Virus record (IMG/VR): IMGVR_UViG_3300006752_000009
Source of the DNA: a virus
Taxonomy: Duplodnaviria; Caudoviricetes
Direction: 5' to 3' (one strand)
DNA: 64,000 bases
The stretch's first letter is position 1. Each line of letters opens with the position of its first letter. Below are positions 39,701-48,337 of this stretch, piece by piece. A program made the position numbers and the translations under genes. The notes under the pieces were generated by a model. That model saw only the letters and a program-made list of their open reading frames with translations. It was not told where the DNA came from and did not search any database.

Positions 39701-39897
39701 CTTCCATGACCACTATCTCCTGCTTCAACAGTCACAGATCCCGAATAGGCTCCTGTTGTTCCGTTAGAGCCAGAGATTAGAACACCGACTTCTTTCTCAT
39801 CGACTAGAGATGTGTCGGCAGAGTTCGGCTCAACTTTGATAGCTTTTGCTTTGTTTTGAGCTTCTATAGTTTTTTGTATCGCAGTAAGTGTAGACAT
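36739..39897 (-). CDS. Ser/Gly/Thr-rich repeat fibre/adhesin-like protein (~40 x [S/T]G.h.h.[T/S]G repeats)
   Basis: Repeats such as NSGAITIGSG, SSGSVFIKSG, ASGNAYLKSG about every 14 aa over ~620 aa; AAGGAG RBS; class B-like motif upstream. Confidence 0.7.
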   Translation of the reverse strand: MSTLTAIQKTIEAQNKAKAIKVEPNSADTSLVDEKEVGVLISGSNGTTGAYSGSVTVEAGDSGHGRMGGDVTINSGDGLYAGNVYIFGGSNLTEPPLSTFGGIYLSTGGVDKENILTTSTSTTTTGLISIQTGDVSAQNTESGPITIKSGNPHNHTSSASGDITIESGSTSSTANAGSTGDVDVKTGQGGTNESGKIELITGNTSSANSGLMNILTGNTDTGNSGAITIGSGTTEDGTSGAITIQSGEPNDGNSGAVTVKSGLPQGSGSSGTVKLESGQASTGSSGSVFIKSGSSATLDSGSVYLFSSNAGANTGALEIRTGISTINGNSGVINLYTGTANNATYSSGAISIYSGQGHTTSGVLDFYSGTTTSGATGGASLYSGNATGGASGDATLKTGTSNTQSGDLYLNTGNNTGVSGSSGPSGEVFLQTGTTDGGNSGIITIATGNNAGGGSGSLLIKSGTGTTGTGGISIYTNAPTNGNSGNIGVYTSDTSTGSSGEVMIYTGQSTGATGASGPIYVSTGNSDASSGSGEIGFNSGNTTGGASGNAYLKSGNATGGVSGNLDLKTGNATEENSGAISIKTGYTPKNTKDSGAIVIATGGAEDGSGNPTDATVADEAGSGNITLRTGNTYDENSGYVLINTGSALDAGSDSGLVQILTGTTSTGTSGSVQVVSGVSTDGSSGTVAISSGSSTTGDSGLVMMTTGGSASGSYGTGPILVSTGDSTGNTNTGALMLSTGNTTGGDVGSVMLRTGIATDPAGVSDPAFARLLVQPKETRFSTGNMAGAGTVGGTDLFLEGGDAKLEFNSSPNANTISGGNVIIKTGQVRQSGVSGYGQEDAGNILSNPGGTQSRGEIVIASKSAPIISSPETYNRFVGLNNDGLLTSLNIQTLGYGKIEIQGKTGKEISFLPLFFKAQTTNPQTQFGIPSQEIDLDIHSTDESYTTIIENYSGVDVWNGNLLYSWITHIDGVNNLGTNLSLSVSLTVVDADAINFQHFNDHVLNVNINTTLTNGNASDPYLTLVFTNNNTNGIQFVSDATVYLHYELKHRAY

Positions 39898-39948
39898 GAT
39901 GCGTTCTCCTTAAAGGTGATCTTTACATCATACTACACAATAAAAGAT

Positions 39949-40251
39949 TTATGAGAGAACTGCCTCTATGATTTCTTCTGTAACTTGAGACACATTCTTT
40001 CTTCTACCTTTTTCGATAAAGACTTTGCGTTTGTTGACTTGGACGACCCACACATCTTTTTTGATAGCGTAGCTATAGGAAACTTCAATCAGACCTTTGT
40101 TGAGTTGAACCTTAAATGATCTGTTAGAGGATCTTTGGAAAGTATCTCTCTCTGGTCTATTCTTAAAGAACACCATGATTTCGTGAGAGATAAGGGAGTG
40201 GATCTCGCCCAACCCTTCAAGGATATATTCGTTTAGGCTAACATTGTTCAT
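39949..40251 (-). CDS. hypothetical protein
   Basis: 100-aa ORF in a co-directional run. Confidence 0.55.
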   Translation of the reverse strand: MNNVSLNEYILEGLGEIHSLISHEIMVFFKNRPERDTFQRSSNRSFKVQLNKGLIEVSYSYAIKKDVWVVQVNKRKVFIEKGRRKNVSQVTEEIIEAVLS

Positions 40252-40818
40252 TTATACACCGTCTATAGGATGCCGAAAGTCGTATTCTTTTAGCATCTCA
40301 TATTCCATAAAGGCCATGATGATCTTCACGACATCACCATGAGTCCAAGAAATGCCCTCATTAGATTCTACAGGGTCTAACTCGGTTTCTTCATCGGGAG
40401 GTGGGATGTTGGTGATGATCTTTGCTTTTATTGTTTTCTTGCTTTGAGCGAGAGCTTTTACTGTTCTGTGAGTGCCATCAATGATCTCACCATCCCATAT
40501 TAGAATGGGGTATGATAGGTCGGCCTCTAAGCAACGCTCGATATGTTCCGAAGGGTGTGTTTGACCCCAATACCAATCTTCTTGAAACGAGGCAGGTATT
40601 TCCCAATCGACAGGCTCTAAAGACTCAACTTCGAGCCATAACTTCTCTATATCCCAAGCGTACCTTATATCTCCAATAACTGTACTGAACTGCTGACCCA
40701 TATCTTCTTTATATCCTATGAGATCTAATGCTTTGTCTCCATAAATAGTTACGGGCTTCGGCATGATTAAAAAGTTGTAAACATATACGCTTATGATACC
40801 GAGAAGATATGAGAACAT
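40252..40818 (-). CDS. ParB/Sulfiredoxin-fold-like protein with N-terminal hydrophobic anchor
   Basis: ADLSYPILIWDGEIIDGTHRTVKA (IIDGxHR motif). Confidence 0.55.
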   Translation of the reverse strand: MFSYLLGIISVYVYNFLIMPKPVTIYGDKALDLIGYKEDMGQQFSTVIGDIRYAWDIEKLWLEVESLEPVDWEIPASFQEDWYWGQTHPSEHIERCLEADLSYPILIWDGEIIDGTHRTVKALAQSKKTIKAKIITNIPPPDEETELDPVESNEGISWTHGDVVKIIMAFMEYEMLKEYDFRHPIDGV

Positions 40819-40820
40819 AA

Positions 40821-42254
40821 TCAGACCCTTATTTTGTAGTGTTTGATGAGATCTTCCCTAATCTTAGTCACATAAGCATCATCGCAGGTTTCATTGATAA
40901 GTGCGTTTCTTAGATTTCTAAGGTACTTAACTACTCTATCGTCCTCGTGATTTTTACTAAGCTCTTTTAAAAGTGCAGGATGATCCCATTCACCTGTGTA
41001 TTTCTTGCTCTCTTCATTTGTAAGATAAACGACACATAAGACTCCATAAGGTGCATTTTTGTCTGAGTAGACTCGCATAACCCTTCTTATGTATGTGTTT
41101 TCTTCGTTAGATCTGTCATGCTTGTATCCCTCTCGTTCATCCAATGTCTTTAGGACTTTTTCAAGGGACTCTACAGGGTACTCAAGCACTAAACCTTGCA
41201 TAGACCCACCTGGTTTAGTGCCTATGATTAAGTGTCCATGTCTATTTTCGGACATGACATTGAAAGACCTAGAGATTGAGTTAATATGACCTTTCCAACT
41301 GTTCGTGATCAGATCTTCGTGTTCTGGTTCGCTCATAAGCGTTCCGTAAGCAAAGACCCTAAATACTTTTTCATTCGGGGGAGGTGCTTCTACCACTTCC
41401 TCTTTGACTTCAATCTCTTCAATGACGACTTTGTTTTCCTTGTTCGAGGTGACTCGTTTTACTTCGAGCTTGCATCGTGAAGGCTTCTTGAAGTGTTTTT
41501 CATACCCAACGAACTCGGAGTCTTGATCGACTAAGTACATAGTCATCGTTCGTGTTTTTGCATCGAACAGGAACTGATTTGATGTAAACATACCATCTGG
41601 TACTTTACGGACAACATTGTTAGGGTTTGGTACATCTTTGAGTCTAAGAGCAAAGAGCTTTTTGATGATGTCCTCTGATTTCTTGGGTTTGCTTTCAAGG
41701 ACTCCCATCATGGTTTCATATCGTGTTTCGGAGGACTCACGATCATCACCAGAGACATATCCTGCATCTGAGTAGTAGATCCCATGATTTGTACGAACAA
41801 AGTTCTTTTCAAGGATCTCATCTACTTTAGCATCATGTTTTGAGGTTTGTTCTATAACGAAAGCGTGTCTCTCGTCCGAGATCATTGTATGTCCTTTAAC
41901 ACCGGTCTTGAGGTGTGTGAGGATATGCAATGCTTGTAGGAGAGAAGTACATTCTAAAGCTGATATGATCCGATGGGCATCTTGAGAAAATCGTATTGCT
42001 TTAGATTTCTTTTTTGTACCCTCTTTTTCATCTTCGAGAACCATTAGAGCCGCGTTAGAGACAACAATCCCATGCTCGTTAATGCCTTCGACCCAACCTG
42101 TACGCTCATCTTTGAAATACAGGATTTCAACTCCATTGTCAGAGATGATGTGGTGGACTCGAATGTCGGGGATATAGTTTCTGTCTCTATTTTTAAAGAC
42201 CCACTTTTTATCGCCAATATGGGTGATAGCGATTACACAGGATTGCTTTATCAT
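40821..42254 (-). CDS. Ntn-hydrolase (C45/AAT-like) fused to gamma-glutamylcyclotransferase (GGCT/ChaC-like) domain
   Basis: N-terminal SCVIA nucleophile-type motif, KNRDR, EGINEHG, RTNHG; C-terminal VFAYGTL...LDEREGY. Confidence 0.65.
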   Translation of the reverse strand: MIKQSCVIAITHIGDKKWVFKNRDRNYIPDIRVHHIISDNGVEILYFKDERTGWVEGINEHGIVVSNAALMVLEDEKEGTKKKSKAIRFSQDAHRIISALECTSLLQALHILTHLKTGVKGHTMISDERHAFVIEQTSKHDAKVDEILEKNFVRTNHGIYYSDAGYVSGDDRESSETRYETMMGVLESKPKKSEDIIKKLFALRLKDVPNPNNVVRKVPDGMFTSNQFLFDAKTRTMTMYLVDQDSEFVGYEKHFKKPSRCKLEVKRVTSNKENKVVIEEIEVKEEVVEAPPPNEKVFRVFAYGTLMSEPEHEDLITNSWKGHINSISRSFNVMSENRHGHLIIGTKPGGSMQGLVLEYPVESLEKVLKTLDEREGYKHDRSNEENTYIRRVMRVYSDKNAPYGVLCVVYLTNEESKKYTGEWDHPALLKELSKNHEDDRVVKYLRNLRNALINETCDDAYVTKIREDLIKHYKIRV

Positions 42255-42266
42255 AACTAAACCTCT

Positions 42267-43712
42267 TTAGACATGAGCGAGCGAATATGCTCGCCTAAAT
42301 CTACTATTTTCACGAAGCATTTGATGGATCTGTCGTACAGCCGCTCTCCTAAAGATCTTCTTGAAGAGTGATTTCCCACCTTCCCATATACTCTTTGCGA
42401 CCCCTCCTAAGAACTTGAAGCTCCGAGCGAGGTCTTTAAATATAGCAGGGGCAAGTGCGGCTGCCGAAACACCTAGCTTACGCACAATCTGTGCTGTTGC
42501 CTTTGTGTCTGTGAGAATGCAGATCAGTAAGATTACAGCGAGGATTTTAACGATCCCTACACCGACTACAGCGAGTCCTGTTTTCATTAACAGGGCAATG
42601 GCGGCCGTTTTAAGGATAAACATACCCACATAAACTACGATCAACTTATGGTCGGGCATATCTTTGAATGTAGACTTATTAAAGTCTTCCCATTTAGTCA
42701 TCGCCCAATTTTTAAGCGTAATGTCTTTAGGGTTTATACCTAAAGAGTTTCTTATTTCATCAGTGCCAATACCTGCCACCTCTGAAACTTGGTGTGGAGT
42801 TCTAGCAGAGATGAGTTTACCCATCATTTTAAGGGTTGCACTGAAGTTCCCTGCCTTTTGTAGTCGGTCAGCAATCAAACGCTCATATTCGGTCTTAGGC
42901 TTAGTATTTGCGTCTACTAAGGTGTGTAGTTTCTTAGTTAGACCTTTAGCTTTAAGGACATTTGCAATGAGGGTGAACTCACCTTTATGTAGACCAAAGA
43001 GCTTAGTCTTGAAGTTATTGATGATTTCAGAGAAGTAGCTCAAACCGACTTGGTTTTTGACCTGTGGATCATCGAGTTGATCCATCATATCATCCATTGT
43101 TCCAGCATACGCTGTCTTTGAGTCGCTAAGGATCGCAGAGTAAACTCTACGCATACGCTCAAACTCTCTAGCGTTCCCTGTGGCTAAGATAGCCCTACGG
43201 ATCATTTGGTTTTGCTGATGTGCTACTAACACATTATGGATGCTTGCTTGACGATTTCTCATGCGAGAACCTTCTTTCTTTTTGGTGTGCTTATTATTCC
43301 AAGCCTTCCACTTAGCGTGTTGAGGGCTGGATTTGAGTGAGGGATCATGCCCCCAATTTTTGAGACTAATCTCCCATTTGGACATACCCGACCCTCCAAT
43401 TATTTCTCCAGGCTTTCCTCCGAGCATACGAGAGTTGAAGCCATTTTCTTGAGAAGCATTGTCGAAATCTTGAGCTGACCAATCCTCGAACTTTTTCTCT
43501 TTTCGCCTTTTGATACGATGGAATGAGTCATACCCCGACTGTATCCCACCTTCTTCTTTTGCTTTGCTACGGTTAATAGAAGCTAGAAGTCTGTGGTCAT
43601 TAACAGCCCATTCGTCAAGTGCCTTCTGACTCATATTAATGAGCTTATGCCACTTGTCGTATATCTCTTTTTTTTCCTCGTCCGAGCGAGGTTTTGCGTA
43701 TCTATAAGGCAT
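42267..43712 (-). CDS. DUF3140-like domain fused to long basic/helical and transmembrane region
   Basis: INMSQKALDEW...SKWEISLKNWGHDP matches the DUF3140 pattern; hydrophobic helices near the C-terminus; class B motif upstream. Confidence 0.6.
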   Translation of the reverse strand: MPYRYAKPRSDEEKKEIYDKWHKLINMSQKALDEWAVNDHRLLASINRSKAKEEGGIQSGYDSFHRIKRRKEKKFEDWSAQDFDNASQENGFNSRMLGGKPGEIIGGSGMSKWEISLKNWGHDPSLKSSPQHAKWKAWNNKHTKKKEGSRMRNRQASIHNVLVAHQQNQMIRRAILATGNAREFERMRRVYSAILSDSKTAYAGTMDDMMDQLDDPQVKNQVGLSYFSEIINNFKTKLFGLHKGEFTLIANVLKAKGLTKKLHTLVDANTKPKTEYERLIADRLQKAGNFSATLKMMGKLISARTPHQVSEVAGIGTDEIRNSLGINPKDITLKNWAMTKWEDFNKSTFKDMPDHKLIVVYVGMFILKTAAIALLMKTGLAVVGVGIVKILAVILLICILTDTKATAQIVRKLGVSAAALAPAIFKDLARSFKFLGGVAKSIWEGGKSLFKKIFRRAAVRQIHQMLRENSRFRRAYSLAHV

Positions 43713-43746
43713 TACGATAACTCCTGTTCTTTCATATAGTTTGGTC

Positions 43747-43759
43747 TATAAATAAACTA
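43747..43759 (-). promoter_or_regulatory. class B promoter-like motif
   Basis: Reverse complement is the exact consensus tagtttatttata. Confidence 0.65.
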
Positions 43760-43772
43760 CAACAGAGTGAGC

Positions 43773-43789
43773 GTAACCCCTTATCTATG
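43773..43789 (+). promoter_or_regulatory. class A promoter-like motif
   Basis: gtaaccccttatctatg; divergent from the class B motif. Confidence 0.65.
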
Positions 43790-43838
43790 GATTAGTGTCG
43801 ATAAGACTATTCCCCCCACTCTAACAAGGAGAAAAACT

Positions 43839-44333
43839 ATGAGCTTTGCTTTTAAAACAACAAACAAGAACGCAAAAGGCTACTATCAACAAGCCTATAC
43901 TGATCGCATCTTTTCGATCAAAGACCTCGTGTCTCACTCTGTTTCAGAAGCAGGTTATGACCTGCAAACAGAGGGCTTTTATCTAGGTCGTATTGACCTT
44001 GATAAAGGTCAAGTGGTCAGTGTTGACTTCGCAGTATCTTCAAGACGAGAGGGTACAGAAACGAGTGGTGTATCTCTAGGTGGTGGATCAATCGGGAAAG
44101 GTATATGGGGCAATCAATGGGTTGTCTCCATGTCATCTTTGACCATGAACGGTGAGAGACAGCAAGTGAAGCAGTTCTTGTTCACTCAACCGATGTTGAG
44201 TCGATACTCCGATAGCTTATCAGACCTTACTGTAAAGCGTAATCATACTAAGTTGGTTAAAGACCACTTAGAGCGATCAACCACAGACATGATCAGCTTC
44301 CTCAAACACTATCTGAAAAGAGTGCAAGGTTAG
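43839..44333 (+). CDS. hypothetical protein
   Basis: Start re-assigned to ATG 43839 (AAGGAG RBS). Confidence 0.7.
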   Translation: MSFAFKTTNKNAKGYYQQAYTDRIFSIKDLVSHSVSEAGYDLQTEGFYLGRIDLDKGQVVSVDFAVSSRREGTETSGVSLGGGSIGKGIWGNQWVVSMSSLTMNGERQQVKQFLFTQPMLSRYSDSLSDLTVKRNHTKLVKDHLERSTTDMISFLKHYLKRVQG

Positions 44334-44336
44334 AGT

Positions 44337-44353
44337 GTAACCCCTTATCTATA
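44337..44353 (+). promoter_or_regulatory. class A promoter-like motif
   Basis: gtaaccccttatctata. Confidence 0.65.
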
Positions 44354-44393
44354 GACCTATGTAATCAACTTCCACTTCGACAAGGAGAACACT

Positions 44394-44621
44394 ATGTCTC
44401 GTACACATAATCATCGTAAACCAGCATATGAGGGTGGAGAGCCTAAGTCTTGGCACTCTCGTTGGTCATCACCTGCTTCACAGTCTGCTAATCGCAGACG
44501 AGATCAGAACAAGACTCGCTCTATCTGGAAAGTTGCTCTTGAGCAACTCCCTACTGAGGCTTGGGAAGATGGAGTGTCTCTTCGGTTCGGTAGAAGCCAC
44601 TTTTTAGGTCATATACACTAA
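44394..44621 (+). CDS. small basic hypothetical protein
   Basis: AAGGAG RBS; 75 aa. Confidence 0.65.
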   Translation: MSRTHNHRKPAYEGGEPKSWHSRWSSPASQSANRRRDQNKTRSIWKVALEQLPTEAWEDGVSLRFGRSHFLGHIH

Positions 44622-44642
44622 ATACCTAGAAAGGGGTCAATA

Positions 44643-44849
44643 ATGAAAACCTGTGATCGCTGTGGAGTCCAAACTAAGACATACACGATGAGTATGTTCA
44701 ACACGCAGGAGATTTGTCCAGTGTGTAAAGAAGAGGAGCGTAAGCACCCTCGCTACCAAGAGGCTTGCGAAGCTGACAGGGAAGCCATTGTGCGTGGCGA
44801 CTATAACTTTAAGGGAATAGGCTGGACAGCCCTACACTCAAGTAAGTAA
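44643..44849 (+). CDS. small Zn-ribbon protein
   Basis: CDRC...MSMFNT..ICPVC...GDYNF.GIG pattern. Confidence 0.65.
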   Translation: MKTCDRCGVQTKTYTMSMFNTQEICPVCKEEERKHPRYQEACEADREAIVRGDYNFKGIGWTALHSSK

Positions 44850-44853
44850 GTAA

Positions 44854-45873
44854 ATGACAGATAGACTAAAAATACCTATGGATAAAGTTATCGCTGATTA
44901 TCAGCGAGGGATGAACACAGAAGCACTTGCTGAAAAGTATGGTGGTTCGGGTCGGACAATCCAAAGAAGGCTGAAAAAAGCAGGTGTGTGGGAAGCCTAC
45001 AAGAACCCGAATAGTCTTTTTTATGAGGACGATCCTACAGAGCCTCCTGTGGACTATGAATCAAGGTGTGTCGAACTTGAAGAAACTCTTGATCTCCTTG
45101 TAAAACAGATCAGTGGTGGACATATCTATCACCCTCAAGACTCAACCCTTGCAAGAGTCTTAGAGTCCAAATGTGAGTCTGATATAGCATCGGCTATCGA
45201 GATCAGCCTCAGACAACACTATCTTGAGGAAGCAATCGCCTTACGGTTTAAAGACTTGCGTAGAGCGAATGTTAGCTTAGATGGCATCTGGTTAACCCTT
45301 TCGGAAGGGTATGCTCTACCTGTGTCCAAAGTGAAGCGTGTAGTCTCTAATCAACTTGGTGATGTATCTTCGAGGTATGAACTCTTTAAGAGTGAGATCA
45401 TTGAGGCATACCTCAATGGTGCTTCTACTAGAGACTTGGGTTTTCAATGGGATACCTCAACCGATGTGATGAGGAGACAACTTAGAGTATGGGGTGTATC
45501 TGACTCAAATAGAGTGAAGAAGAAACGCATCAGACATGACCACAGAGACCAACTACCTATGCAAGACATCATCAAAGACTACAAGGCTAATATGCCGATG
45601 ACTAGGTTGGAACAGAAATACTATGTATCAGCATCTTTCATCGAAAAGTGTTTGAGAAAGATGGGTGTGCCTAAGCGACCACCTCTCCCGACAGGGGCGA
45701 AACCAAAACAAGTGGAGTCTACAACCTTAAGCCTACTTGTCTCTGACTATAATGCAGGGTCTGGCGTGAGCTTCTTGAGTAGAAAGTACAACTTGAGTCG
45801 GTCTTCAATCAAACGGTCTTTAGAGCAAGCAGGTGTTGAGTTGAGGCGAAAAGGGCGATCAAAGAAAGTGTAA
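44854..45873 (+). CDS. tandem HTH-repeat DNA-binding protein (4 repeats)
   Basis: Four I..(D/A)Y..G......L..KY..S...I...L...GV-type repeats. Confidence 0.7.
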   Translation: MTDRLKIPMDKVIADYQRGMNTEALAEKYGGSGRTIQRRLKKAGVWEAYKNPNSLFYEDDPTEPPVDYESRCVELEETLDLLVKQISGGHIYHPQDSTLARVLESKCESDIASAIEISLRQHYLEEAIALRFKDLRRANVSLDGIWLTLSEGYALPVSKVKRVVSNQLGDVSSRYELFKSEIIEAYLNGASTRDLGFQWDTSTDVMRRQLRVWGVSDSNRVKKKRIRHDHRDQLPMQDIIKDYKANMPMTRLEQKYYVSASFIEKCLRKMGVPKRPPLPTGAKPKQVESTTLSLLVSDYNAGSGVSFLSRKYNLSRSSIKRSLEQAGVELRRKGRSKKV

Positions 45874-45886
45874 CCCCTCATTTATA
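45870..45886 (+). promoter_or_regulatory. class A promoter-like motif
   Basis: gtaacccctcatttata; its TAA is the upstream stop codon. Confidence 0.6.
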
Positions 45887-45923
45887 GGATCACATAAGCC
45901 GAAACTCTTGAAAGGAGAATGAC

Positions 45924-46331
45924 ATGGCATACGACTTTGAAACAATCAAACAACTCCACAATAAAACCCTTGAGCGTGTGGAAAAAAGTGGCGATGAACA
46001 ACTGTGGTTCTACACCACAGACAACAAAGCTATAAAAATGTACCACTCACAAGACTGTTCTGAGAGCGTCTACATTGAAGACATCGCAGGTGATCTCAAT
46101 GATCTTGTAGGCAACCCAATCCTTCGTGCAGAGGTTCGTACAGAGGACGGACAGTCATCTTATGGTGATCTCACCTATACCTACTATGAGATTGCTACCA
46201 TCAAGGGTAGCGTGACGATCCGATGGTATGGGTCAAGTAATGGCTACTACTCTACGAGTGTCTATCTTGCTTCATACGATGTCGATGACGAGGGAGATGT
46301 TGTTTGGTCTAGTGAAGATATAGACTGGTAA
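45924..46331 (+). CDS. conserved phage protein (DUF7448-like)
   Basis: H.QDC.ESVYIEDI.GDL.DLVG.PIL.AE...YTYY...T.KG.V.IRWYGSSNGYYS. Confidence 0.65.
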   Translation: MAYDFETIKQLHNKTLERVEKSGDEQLWFYTTDNKAIKMYHSQDCSESVYIEDIAGDLNDLVGNPILRAEVRTEDGQSSYGDLTYTYYEIATIKGSVTIRWYGSSNGYYSTSVYLASYDVDDEGDVVWSSEDIDW

Positions 46332-46335
46332 TACT

Positions 46336-48315
46336 ATGGCATACAATACAAAACATCCAGATAATGCAAGTAAGCGTTCTTTACAAAGACACATCCTCAA
46401 TCGGATGATGAAGCACCCACACAAGACTCAACCGTATACCATTGTCTGTCTGCCAGGTCGGAAGTGTTGGGAGGTCGAATACCTACTGCCCTACAAACAC
46501 GATACTTATGAGGGAGTCGGACCAGGTGTAGAAAAGATTATCGCACTTGAGCAAGACCAAGAGGTTTTTGAGATTATCCAAGACAAGTACAAAGATAACG
46601 ATATGGTTGAGGTGTTAAACACTAGCACAACTGAGTTTCTTTACACTTATGAGGATCAAGTCGATTTAATCTACTTTGACTACTACTCGTACTTTTCATC
46701 AAAAGTGAAGCAAGACATTGAGATCATGTTTGAGCGTAAGGTGTTATCTGAGGGTGGTAAGTTCATTGTCAACTTTTTAGCTACTAGGGAGTCTGTACCC
46801 AATCAGATCATGCAAGACCGACTCGTTAGAAAGTTCTGTGAGATTGGCAAGTATGAGCTTGATGTGGATAGTCTTGATGAGGATCGCAAGAGGTGTGTTG
46901 CGTTTAATGGTTTGATAGGTCGTTATAGGTCAAAGTCTATTAATGATAGGACTTACTCTCAAGGTAATAACTATGTTGCTACTACAGCACCTTTATGGCA
47001 CAGATACAAAACCTTAGCTGGTCATTCGATGTTGACAGGTTATTTCACACTCAACTCTTACCCCTCCAAGCAAAGCAGAGGAGCACTCTATTATGCTGAG
47101 GAAGTGTGGACAACCGATCCTGTTCGTTGGGGTATAACAGACTGGAACACAGAAGTAAGCGTTAAACCTCAGCAAAACTACGACATTTGGAAAACGCGGG
47201 TTGAGGACTTTTATGCGAAAAACCACTACACACCATCAAGTTTAGACTTAGGTCGTACATCAATCAATTGTTTAACTCAGATCATTCGTGATCTTGGTTT
47301 GTGCCCTAGACATGATAGGACTGTAGAGGACATTAAAGGTGAGATTGATCGCATTTATCAGAGGGTGGGTGTGGTTTGCCCCTTTACAGTGGCTCAAGCG
47401 AAGCTCGGACTCAAATCGGGTAAGAATGAGAAGATGAATGTACGCATGATTATTGATTATTGCGAGGAAAAGGGTTATCCACATCGCCTCCTTTTAAATC
47501 CAATCAAAACGAACATCAATCAGTTAAATACTGTTAAGGAATACCTCGACCACCTTCAAGCAGATAAGCCACCATCAAGTTTCCCTAAGTATCGCAACCT
47601 GTATTTTACGATCTTGGGTAGAGACTGTTCTTTTAAGAACGCTCATAACACTAAGTTAGCTTTAGAGGAGTCTCTGATGCGTGTCGGGTTGACTAAAGAT
47701 GGTGAGATGACTGTTCAATACACAGATCAGCAGTTGATTGATATGTACTATAAGAAAGACATTACGATTAACGCTCTAGCTTCTTTGAGATTAATGTCTC
47801 GCCCTTTGATGATTGAATACCTAAAAGGGCTAGGGGTTGATGTGAGGCATAAAAATGATCGCAATAAAGACAAGATCACTCCCGAAAAGGTGCTTCGGGA
47901 GTTTAAGAAGAATGAGTCAATCATTGAGGTCGCTGTCAAGTTTGGTGTCAGCACCAAGTATATCAAAGACATCTTAGATGAGTTAGGTGTAGCACCAGCT
48001 AAAACAGGTGGGTATATCAACCTTGATGAACAGGCTTTAATCTCTGATTACAAGTCGGGTATGACTTGTCCTCAAATCGCTAAAAAGTATGGTGTTCAAA
48101 TATGGGTCGTTCATAGCAGACTCAAAAGTGCAGGGATAAAAGTTAAAGAGAGGGGAGGTGGGGTGCGTATCAATCTCCCAAAGGAAGAGATCATTGCTGA
48201 CTATCAGTCGGGGCTAAGTATGGCTAAGATTGGACGCAAGCAATTTGTGAGTGGTGGTACGATTAGTAAGCGTTTGAAAGAGTGGGGTGTGGCTAAATCA
48301 TATAATAGACCCTAA
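46336..48315 (+). CDS. class I SAM-dependent methyltransferase-like domain fused to four C-terminal HTH repeats
   Basis: IVCLPG (motif I-like), IIALEQD, VDLIYFDY, LSEGGKFIVNF; four HTH repeats after aa ~470. Confidence 0.55.
   Translation: MAYNTKHPDNASKRSLQRHILNRMMKHPHKTQPYTIVCLPGRKCWEVEYLLPYKHDTYEGVGPGVEKIIALEQDQEVFEIIQDKYKDNDMVEVLNTSTTEFLYTYEDQVDLIYFDYYSYFSSKVKQDIEIMFERKVLSEGGKFIVNFLATRESVPNQIMQDRLVRKFCEIGKYELDVDSLDEDRKRCVAFNGLIGRYRSKSINDRTYSQGNNYVATTAPLWHRYKTLAGHSMLTGYFTLNSYPSKQSRGALYYAEEVWTTDPVRWGITDWNTEVSVKPQQNYDIWKTRVEDFYAKNHYTPSSLDLGRTSINCLTQIIRDLGLCPRHDRTVEDIKGEIDRIYQRVGVVCPFTVAQAKLGLKSGKNEKMNVRMIIDYCEEKGYPHRLLLNPIKTNINQLNTVKEYLDHLQADKPPSSFPKYRNLYFTILGRDCSFKNAHNTKLALEESLMRVGLTKDGEMTVQYTDQQLIDMYYKKDITINALASLRLMSRPLMIEYLKGLGVDVRHKNDRNKDKITPEKVLREFKKNESIIEVAVKFGVSTKYIKDILDELGVAPAKTGGYINLDEQALISDYKSGMTCPQIAKKYGVQIWVVHSRLKSAGIKVKERGGGVRINLPKEEIIADYQSGLSMAKIGRKQFVSGGTISKRLKEWGVAKSYNRP
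48296..48305 (+). promoter_or_regulatory. class C motif AATCATATAA
   Basis: ~30 nt upstream of ATG 48338. Confidence 0.4.
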
Positions 48316-48337
48316 CCCACTAAGGTTAGGAGAACCT

